A DNA stretch of 64,000 nt from Trichoplax adhaerens (Eukaryota; Animalia; Placozoa): positions 2,592,106-2,656,105 of the forward strand of contig NW_002060950.1 of the NCBI RefSeq assembly GCF_000150275.1, in the 5' to 3' direction. Below, piece by piece: positions 54,331 through 64,000 of the stretch (positions are counted from its first letter, which is position 1; each line of letters opens with the position of its first letter). Position numbers and translations under genes: made by a program. The notes beneath the pieces were generated by a model. That model did not search any database. It saw only the letters and a program-made list of their open reading frames with translations, and had not been told where the DNA came from.

Positions 54331-55344
54331 AAACCCTAAGTAAAAATAGTGCTTACTAAATTCAAGCCGTCTCATCATTAGCCACTATATATTTTAATTT
54401 TGCATAATCTACTACAGTCACATCAATATTCACATCTTAATTCAGTCGATTATTTACAAGTGAATTAAATGAGTGAGCATAGCTATCGAAGAGCGGATAG
54501 AACTTGCCTCGGCTATGATGAATATTAAATCAAGCTGTGAATCGCTGTTATTGAGGATTACCATCCAATTCACAATATCCGTTGGGGTTCAAAATTCGAG
54601 CGGATAAAGCTTACATACCAGCTCAAGGATCATAAATTGGAAGGGCAAAATTGCTCCTAACAAACTACCTTCGTGATTTAATAGATGTTTGTTTAGAGGC
54701 ATAGGAACCAAAGTTCAGCTGGATCTAGGTTAACATTGTTTACAAACGATCTACTTTAAGTAAATAATGACAGCTGATATCGAAATGGAGTTAAAACTAA
54801 TTGCTAAGGTTTAAAGTAATTAAATCAACTACGAAAAATGACACCGTAATGTTAGAATAGTTAGCACTGAAGAACTATGTATTAAAATCAAAGTAGACTG
54901 ATCATTGCAAGATATCTTTCGTTTCGATAAATATATTCAGTCAGTCATCAATCGAAGTGTTAGAAACGGTTCAAATTTTCTATTAGATTAAAATATGCTA
55001 TATCATAGATCATTGCCTTTAACACTAAAATTGTTTACTCCTAATTGACTGGTTAGTTAATCAGTTATTTTAGCTAATTTAGGCACTGAGTAGCTTATTA
55101 TTAGTATTGAACCCACAGATTAACCATGGCGAAACCTTTCGCCAAAGAGCGATCGCTGTATCTTATATTAGTAGCATCTTGTAGAATTGTTATGTCGTTA
55201 CGATATACTGCTTTGATATATGGGTACTTCTCACAATTTTTAAACTATCAAGTAGAATAGTGTTTAATATAATTAGCCTTATCTATACAGTGCCGTACTA
55301 AATTTTTGAATCTGCTGAAAGGAAAGAACTACAGCAATTCCTGA

Positions 55345-55925
55345 ATTAGTTTCATGTTTTGCATTGTTAATCACGGATTCTTAAGTTACAGAAATGTAGG
55401 TTTTGTGTGCCTCATAAATAATTAAGATGTGAAAGCTTTGTAGGTTAGCAAGTGGAGTAGTAACTTGTTGGCTTATGGTCTACCCTTAAGAAAGAAATAT
55501 AAGTACTTATGTTATTTTTACTAACAAGCACAACTAATACCTTCTTGACTCCTTTCATGTTTTACAGTACTAATCGTGGATTTCTTAGATACAGAAATCT
55601 GGAGTTTGTGCACCTCGTTAATAAGATGAAGAAGTTTGTAGGTTAATTAGCGGAGCAGTAACTTGTTGTTGGTTTATGGTCACCCTTAGAAAAAAATATC
55701 CGCTAACGTTATTTTTTTAAACTAGCATAACTAGTAACTTCTTAATTTGTTTCATGTTTACACTGATAATCAAGAATTTCTAGACTACAGAAATGCAGAG
55801 TTTGAGTGCGTTATAAATAAGCTGAAGAGCTTTTAGATTAGCTAGCCGAGCAGTAACTTGTTCTCGGCCTGTGGTTTACCCTTAGGAAAGAAAAATGAGC
55901 ACTTACGTTGTTTGTTCTAATCAGT
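55345..55925. repeat. Tandem repeat, ~200 bp x 3
   Basis: TTTCATGTTT...TACAGAAAT...GAGCAGTAACTTGTT...ACCCTTA at about 55350, 55553, 55750. Confidence 0.9.
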
Positions 55926-56629
55926 ATACATCAAAGCATTATTTTTAAAATCGCAATGCAAAATATTATCGTAGCAATATAAATAATCAGAATCACAATG
56001 TTTGCAGGAAAATGCAGTCGAATAAGATCTATTGCAGTTCACAACTCAGATAAGAAATGAACGTAAAAGGGATTTTTATAGATTGAAAATGCGATATAAT
56101 AAGTAATAAAAATCTCTAAAATAGCCTTGAAAAGAGCTAACTAAACATCTGTGGTATTTTACTGTAATAAAGTGTCTATCGAAACGCAACGACTTCCACA
56201 ACTTGAAGGAAAATCACTTTATTACAATAATTACGTCTTCTACCAAGGACTAGATTATCTATGGCTACTCTGTCTTCGGAGATAAAATCTCCTGCTTATA
56301 TACAATTGTGTACAGAGTATCTTCGTGACACATAAATCGTTATCTACCTTAATAAGGCTAACATCACACCTCTAGCGTACCTGGAGGTGCCAAACAGTAT
56401 GACTAATAACTTTTACAATCCGTATTGCAATTACTAATACAAATCCTCACATATTTAATCTCACTCTACGATCTAGCACCTATACAAGGGTATCTATCTT
56501 AATTAGCCTAGTAATTACGTCATGCACGATATTCACACATACTGTATATAATCTTGAGCTATATTTGGGCTGCACTACATTTACAAAGAAGCAATTGCAA
56601 TTAAATTATATTCAATAGTCATAGTATAT

Positions 56630-56830
56630 ACTTTTAACTATAAATCGATACTATTATCTCATTTCTAATTGTTTCAATCATCGACATCAGGGACAAGAGC
56701 CTTGCTATAGTATTTTTAAGAGATTTAGTCCAGGTGGATAGGTAAATCAATGGATCTGTCATAACCAGAAATATTACTGGCGCTTGTAATATGATTCATA
56801 TACTATTTTCAGTACACATCCGATACAATA
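56630..56830 (+). promoter_or_regulatory. Conserved upstream block shared with the pseudogene flank (about 51340-51540); candidate promoter or 5' UTR exon
   Basis: TTAGTCCAGGTGGAT...CTTGTAA..TGATTCAT.TACTATTTT lies about 500 bp upstream of both ATGs. Confidence 0.4.
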
Positions 56831-57231
56831 TATGACGTAAAGTCGAAATCATTATGAATTATGATCATTTATATTATTAAAATAAAACAATCTTTCACGA
56901 GACTTCCGTATGTTCATATGTTCTAATAATATATATTCATTGTTAGAAGTAAAACAAGATCATGAATTTTAATTGCCTACTCATTTCTACTCACTGTATG
57001 CTAGTGTGCCATATCCTCTACAATTTGAATCATTGTTGAATGTTCCGTTTAGCATCGGAGTGTTTCAATTAACTAAGCAAAATGTTTATTATTGAATTTC
57101 TTCTAGATATTTTGTGCAGCCATCAGATACTAAAGAAGAGCGATTAATATTAAATTATTCTAGCATTGGTTCGTTATTTCTAAATTCATTCATTTTAAAA
57201 GGCTGATCATTACATATTTAACAAGCCTGCG

Positions 57232-58245
57232 ATGCAATCCGAATGCAACGAATGGAATCAAAGTCATTGCTTCTGTAATCAATCTGAGACATCATTTCAT
57301 ATCACAAAGATTATCTTACGATGCATAACGCCACCGGTATTTATCTTAGCTTTAGGTGGAAATTTCTTATCCGTTCTAGTTGTTTATCGTAAGAGAAGTT
57401 TACATAATCCATCAGGTTTCCTTATAGCTACTTTGGCGGCGACAGAGATGGCTACAGGTTTAATCGTAACCTGCTATTTCTTTGCTTTTTCAGCATTACA
57501 TTGTGGTATGTTGGAAAACTTTTGTATCGTTTTAGCCTATCTATCTACCACTTTCGTCTGTTTCTCACATATAACAGTAGGATTGATCTCAATCGATCGA
57601 TACATAGCCATCACTATGCCACTACATTATCCAATGTATATTACGAATAAACGACTCAGTAGGATATTAATATTATCCATTACCCATAGCTGCTTCTGCG
57701 CCTCATTACCATTAATGAATTTGAACCAAATTCAACTTGGCCGCTACCAATACGTCGAATATTTATCTCTTTGCTGGATAGATATTACAGATTTAAGTGA
57801 AAATTTCATTTTCTTAGTAATAATGTATTCTGCTTTACTAATGGTAATATGCATCGTGGTTTCTTGCTATGTTCTCATTTTCGTTAAGGCAAATCAAATC
57901 CATCGTAAACGTCGAAATCTTGAATTGACAAAGAGCAGTGTAAGGCATCTGAGCAAGAAGTTAACTCGTACTATCCTAATCGTTATTACCGTATATTTAA
58001 TTTTTATTATTCCTTCAACAGCTACAATTCTGATTACTCTGAGCCATCGTCGATTGTTCTTATCCCCAACCATGTCTAAAATTATGACTTTTTGGGGCCT
58101 ACATATCAAAATCATTATTAATCCGCTAATATTTGGATTTTCTCATCGAGACTTTCGACAGAGCTATAATCAATTATTTTATTATTTAGTAAAGCGTAGA
58201 AGAACTAGAATTTTCGATCAAGTGTTGCGTCCATCGATACAATAA
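57232..58245 (+). CDS. Orphan class A GPCR paralogue, 337 aa
   Basis: GGN, LHNPSG, TM2 LAATE, DRY, PLHY, LCWID, TM7 HIKIIINPLIFGFSHRDFR. Confidence 0.95.
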   Translation: MQSECNEWNQSHCFCNQSETSFHITKIILRCITPPVFILALGGNFLSVLVVYRKRSLHNPSGFLIATLAATEMATGLIVTCYFFAFSALHCGMLENFCIVLAYLSTTFVCFSHITVGLISIDRYIAITMPLHYPMYITNKRLSRILILSITHSCFCASLPLMNLNQIQLGRYQYVEYLSLCWIDITDLSENFIFLVIMYSALLMVICIVVSCYVLIFVKANQIHRKRRNLELTKSSVRHLSKKLTRTILIVITVYLIFIIPSTATILITLSHRRLFLSPTMSKIMTFWGLHIKIIINPLIFGFSHRDFRQSYNQLFYYLVKRRRTRIFDQVLRPSIQ

Positions 58246-61141
58246 TCTATCTAATAGCAATATATCTAAATTAAGCATACCGCTCACGTGATTACGAGCA
58301 AAAGATCATCCCATCGGCTAGATATAGATCCTTAAATGGCTAATAAAACATATTGAGTTAAATTCACGAATTACTTATTATTATGAATTAATTGGTAACG
58401 GCAACCTAGATCTCTTACATCATATTATTTTGGTATCAATTCTACGCTAGAAAATATAACAGCGACGTAGTAAACGACTGTATTTTATTACTATAATTCT
58501 AATAAAGTGTTACAAATTTCTTGTATTCAATTTTCAATAATATAGTATATCAAATTAGTCCATGAAAAAGACATGAACCATTTACCAACTCTGTCCTTAT
58601 CAATTCAAAAAATTAATTACTGTAATACAATATTGATGCACTTTCGAATTTTCCTATTTAATCGATACACCCATAGCCATACCAGTACTCACCGCTTTAG
58701 CTATTCTATATTAATAGGAGACAATACAGTACTTTGAAAATCTATGTTCAAAATAAATTAATACGATTGCTATCGAATATGATTTTGGGATTTCATCATC
58801 ATTCTCGTTATAAAAATTTCAGACTTAAATCAGTAAAAGAATATATATTGATACTACAGTATATCATCGATATGCGGTGTTTTACTATAGTATCTAAATT
58901 TTAATTTTTACCTTTATATTAGGTCTAGATTAAGTATACATACCTACCTGTATATATCAAAAAATTTTATGTCATTGTTTGCTTGCATTGAAAGCTAGAA
59001 TAATTTATAATTGCTTATCTATCCTATTTTCCGTTCAAGTAAGCATCAACAATTTTTCTTATTGCCTATACTTTTTCCATTAGTCAACGGCCGCGGCCCT
59101 TCTATGTTATAAGAAATTATCTCACCTCATTCAACCTATTTATAATCAGAACTTTGATGCTATTCGCGAATTCACCATACCATAGGTTAATAGAATATCT
59201 CATCGAATACAAACACTTTGCTTGATTAAAAACAGATGCATAGTCATAATTTTTAACTGTACTCACATCCATCACTTATCTTCATGTATAATGCATCTAA
59301 TTTATATTAAGGATAGATGATTATTGCTATCTTAATACCAAAGTTTTAAAGTTGTGATAGCCTATCTTAAGACTGCATTCTTCTGTAAACTTGAGACACT
59401 ATAGCTAAATAGTGTATGAATTTATTTCCGCTTATACACGTTAAATGCTTTATTCTATTAATAGAGATATATGCAAGCGAATGCAAACTGGAAAATATGA
59501 TGATAGTAAATTCGTAATATATAATTTGTTAATGAATGAAGTGATTGATTATGTTCTATGCATAGCTGTATTAATAATAAGGGAATAATCAGTAATATTA
59601 CTTTGACTATTACATAGGTAACTTTTGTTCGAATATAAATGTACAGCTGTTGTATTTAATAATGTATTCTCGCAAGAATTAAGTTCTTGTCTCTATTTTA
59701 AAATATTAATTCATCCGTTTCTTGTTTAACGATAATCTCTAAGAGATTATTCACAAAATCAAAAAGCAGTTGAGTGTTTAAGTACTGGTAGTTGAGGGTT
59801 TTTGAATTGAGCGACAATAACCAGCTGATGTAAGATTGCAAATGTTGAATAAAAAGTTTTTTGCATGATAAATGGCCAGTAATACCCATGATATTGGTAG
59901 AGAAACATGTATTAAAAGTATTTTTCGAATCATAGAGAATTAAGAAAGCCTTTTCGTTTTAACTAACAGGGAGCATAACGCATATATAGACTTTCATAAA
60001 ATCTACATGTGTTATGCATAAATGATCGATTCACTATTCATAATTTTTATGTCGTCGTTGATTTATTGGATTTAGAATGGTCAAGTAGGCTAACTTTCAA
60101 TAATTTTAAAATCAGTATTTTCCTAAAACAAAATTAGATATTGCATGAATCTTTGACGTTTATGAGGTTCAAAAAGTTCTAAATATTATCATAATTATCT
60201 GCGCAAGAATACTTATTACCCAAAATTGTATTCTATTTTATGCAACTTAGCTTGCTTTCATTCTCGTAGGGAATTTTATCATGTCGTTTAACAAAACTTA
60301 AATTTTAGCTCTCATACGATTACTCAATTATATGATATCTAAACTCATAGGAATTCATTCATTAAGCCTTGATGCTAATTAATTTACGGTTGACATCATT
60401 CTAAAGTACAATAGTCAACTTTTAAAATACTTCCAGTATAATGTAGCTGTAAATCACTTATGAAGACATTCTCGAAGTTTCTATTTAGGATACTTATGAA
60501 ATCGTAGCAGATTAGCGTACTATAGTAATCTGTAGGCTTACAATAATGTATTTATAATAAGTATACTTTAAATTTTGCTACTGTAAGCACGATCTCTTGC
60601 ATAATCATATTTAAGTAGATCTTCCTACTCAGCCAACCACTGTATTTATTTCTCCATTCAATTTTAATGAAAATTTAAAAGAAATTGCTTTCTGCAAAGT
60701 GATAAAAACAGCTGAGTGGGGTAAAATAAATTACTTAATTTCATGTTCAAGGTAGGATGACAATGAATAACAATAACTTTATAGTACGAGTATTGCATAG
60801 CGTACCTAAATTATATCAACTTCAACTCATCTTAATTGCAGTACCAAATAGGCTTCAATAAATGATAAACTGATGCGATATTTCTACAGATTCAGCTACG
60901 TAATTAACATCTTTCCTCTTATAGTTAATTATGTATTACAGATCAATTTCAATAAGTTCATTAGTATCTTGTAGCAACCATTAATCATAATGCCATCAGC
61001 TATTTCTGACGTTGGAATACTCAATTTTAATTCATTCTATTCTCATTAAGCAGATTCTTGAATCTGAGGCGATATTAATTAGATGCTGATCAATCCTGAT
61101 TACTAATATATCATATAAATTATTTTCCATCGCGATTTCCT

Positions 61142-61211
61142 AGAAATTCATGCCACATATGACATTAACATAGAAAAGAAATTCATGCCACATATAACAT
61201 TAACGTAGAAA
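61142..61211. repeat. 35-bp tandem duplication, 2 mismatches
   Basis: AGAAATTCATGCCACATAT(G/A)ACATTAAC(A/G)TAGAAA x2. Confidence 0.9.
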
Positions 61212-62914
61212 AGTGCGGTATCTACGTAAATCCGATAGAAGAATACGTTGTAAATTCACATCTAAAAATACCGCTGACGTCATTTCCTATCACTATTAGG
61301 AACTGATTTACGTGACCAATTATCTGCTATATAATATCAATATTATTGCGTACATGGGAACATTTTAATATAGAAATGAATAGTAACATGGACATAAATG
61401 AAATTGAGCACCCATTTGGCAGCCCGTTGTCAATAACTCGTATAATTGCTATAATTTTAACAATTTCAGTAATAGACGTCTCAAAATGGAGTTTATTATC
61501 TGCAAAAATTCAACGTGACTAGATTCTGGTTCCTAAATAATGACAATAGAAAATCATTTTGGAACTGAAATATCAATCGATTCAAATGGACTCCAGTATT
61601 ACTTTTTACAATAGAATTGTTCTACATCGAATTTATAAATGATGGGACTAATCTTTACTAATCACGAGTGGCGATACCTGACATATTCTTATTTATAACA
61701 AAATTTATTTTTGTAATTCGTATAAGAATTGTAAAATAAGACAGAAATTTCTACAGGTAAATGAGACGATGTGATCGTTGCAATAATTTCTGATGTTGAT
61801 AATCCTGCGTAATTTTCATAACTGGAAATACGTATGCCCCATGTCATAATTTTAATTGAAACGTAAGCTCAAGGCTGGAATTGATTATCAAGGCTAAAGT
61901 GCGGTACTACGTCAAGAGACAGACATTTTACAATGTTCTTTTTCATCTATTTAATAAATCTATGATAAATACGTGTGATATGAATTAGCTAATTCTGTAC
62001 AATCAAAAGCAATTAAATATTAAAAATTGTGTTATATTTAAGTTTTCTCGTGAGAATGATGAAATCATGTAAAAAGAACTTAATCTCAGATTATTTTGAA
62101 TTTTTCAATAGGACTAATTCCGAAAACGATTACATGTAACCTTATTCAGCTGCTTTTATTCTTATAATATATATATCGATAAAGAACTAACAATAATTTC
62201 ATAAGCAGCAGCATACTTGATTATCAATCTGAGCTTATTGTTCGAAACCACGAAAGTAAAGTTGAATTATTTTGAATCTAACGATAGAGTAGCTTAAATA
62301 CGATTGAGATCTGACTTTTGATGTAAGGTATATCATTGTAAAACTCTAACACATTAAACAGTATCTAAAATCGCTGAGTAATTGCGTCATGATAAGTCAG
62401 TTGCAGCAAAATGTAACCTAGTCATGATAAGAATTAAAACTCTGTAACATATATTTTACTATGCATGTAATATCAATATGTAAAGCTCTCACCTACAATA
62501 AAGCATTTCGTAAATTTAGCTAAAATAATTAAGTATAGTTTAAGTAATTATAGCATAGTTATACGCTTCCATAGGTGAGAAAATTTTAAGAAATTTTGAA
62601 ATATTAGCATTAAGAGAATAGCAAATTATCTCCATTTCCATAATTGCAAAATGCATATTCTATAACATCATAAATGAAACTAATCTAGCCGTCCACCTAG
62701 ACCCCTTGTTTCTAGCATTTATTGTACAGTATGTGTGGTTTTACTTACTAGATAACAGTGTTAAATTTTACTTTTCCAAAGTTGCTTAAAAGAGTAACTA
62801 TTGAGTTGGTAATTTAAGTCATGTAGGTTATTAAAATCTTTTTATAATAAGATTCATGCAATTGATATCTTGCCAATATCGCATTAAAATCCTTTTCTTC
62901 TATATCTAACTGTA

Positions 62915-63240
62915 ATCTATAAGTTAAGCAAAAATGGAACGACTTTCTGTAAAAATGTCACAGTAGGAACTTGAGCAAAAAAGCATTTAAATAAAGAATA
63001 TTAACTAATCAAAGATCCTTTTATTAATAAGACTGAATAGCCTCACCAGTAATTTAACTCTATGATCCTTTCATTCTATGTCTACAGTAATCGATAAGGT
63101 AAGCAAAAATGAGACAGCTTTCCACTAAAAAACCACAGTAGGAATTTATGTAAAAATGTTTAAAACAAAGACTGTTAACTAATCAAATATCTTTCTGTTA
63201 ATAAGATTAGAAAGCCATATCAGTAATTTAACCTTAATGG
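62915..63240. repeat. Diverged tandem duplication, ~175 bp x 2
   Basis: TAAGCAAAAATG...CACAGTAGGAA...TTAACTAATCAAA...CAGTAATTTAAC occurs twice. Confidence 0.85.
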
Positions 63241-64000
63241 TACAGTAAACAACATGCAGTAATCCCATATATTCAGCTAGCCAGCCTGATGGATATTCCA
63301 AGCGCGCTTTTATTTATCAAACCAGGAATTATGCCAATACTTCGATTGCTCTAACAATATAGGTTACATCAATATTCATGCCTGAGTTAGAATAATGACT
63401 AATACTGTCTTATCCCCTACTTGCTGAAGTGAAGTTTTCTACATGCATACAATCAATCACAACGCTTAACTAATATGTTTGATATCCAAATCGCGAATCA
63501 TAATCGTTATTCTGCCCCAAAGTTGATGCTCAAGTAGATATTTACTGGTATACTATCATTTTCTAAGCTTGTGGGCTAATGACTGAATAGCAATCATAAG
63601 GTCTTTGTCGATTTGGTTCAGGTTGAAGATTTTATCAATCATTCATTTAGTAAGGAAGGTTTATAAGAAGTCAAAAATAATTACTGGAATAAAAATTGAA
63701 AGTCGTTTCGCAAGCATGAAAGATAATTAATTAAAATAAATAGCACCGGTATTTGAAACCATTCACTTTAAAAAAAATGCGATATACGTTGTTAGGCTAT
63801 AAGTTTTACATGTAAATAATAATAATTATGTTGCATCTCGCAAGTGCAATCACATTTGATTGATCATATAGTTTTATTCCAAGTATTAGATATTTGCCTT
63901 AATCTTGTTATTTAATGAGAGCATATAACAATTTTTCCTAATTATCTTGGTCAACTAAGCGGTTAATAAATTCACCTGATTTATGCGTTGCTCGTTTTAA

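Noticed and set aside
58081-58130. TM7 lysine as an opsin retinal-binding Lys
   Set aside because: Counting back from NP it is at 7.45; the Schiff-base Lys is 7.43 (His here, Tyr in the paralogues).
2938-59889. Remaining 60-128 aa ORFs, including alternate-frame overlaps of the GPCRs
   Set aside because: No recognisable motifs, many non-ATG starts; consistent with chance ORFs in AT-rich DNA.

Overview
AT-rich eukaryotic (animal) genomic DNA; composition and intronless class A GPCR expansion resemble a placozoan-type genome (inference only). It holds a same-strand (+) cluster of five intact single-coding-exon rhodopsin-family GPCR paralogues (16.8, 30.0, 41.6, 44.5, 57.2 kb), one clear internally deleted pseudogene (52 kb) and a possible very old remnant (5 kb). 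About 17 non-coding 430-630 bp elements (roughly 9 kb) have TG...CA ends. Nine have perfect 5-bp target-site duplications (TSDs), and several show a TATA/AATAAA core: these look like solo LTRs of several related families. Most share short terminal hairpins, one is nested in another, and no retroelement coding sequence is seen. Several decayed 120-220 bp tandem duplications also occur. Main points of interest: the hairpin-ended solo-LTR superfamily, a GPCR with paired D2.50E/N7.45K sodium-pocket changes, and patchy homogenisation between the 41.6/44.5 kb paralogues that spares TM4/TM5.
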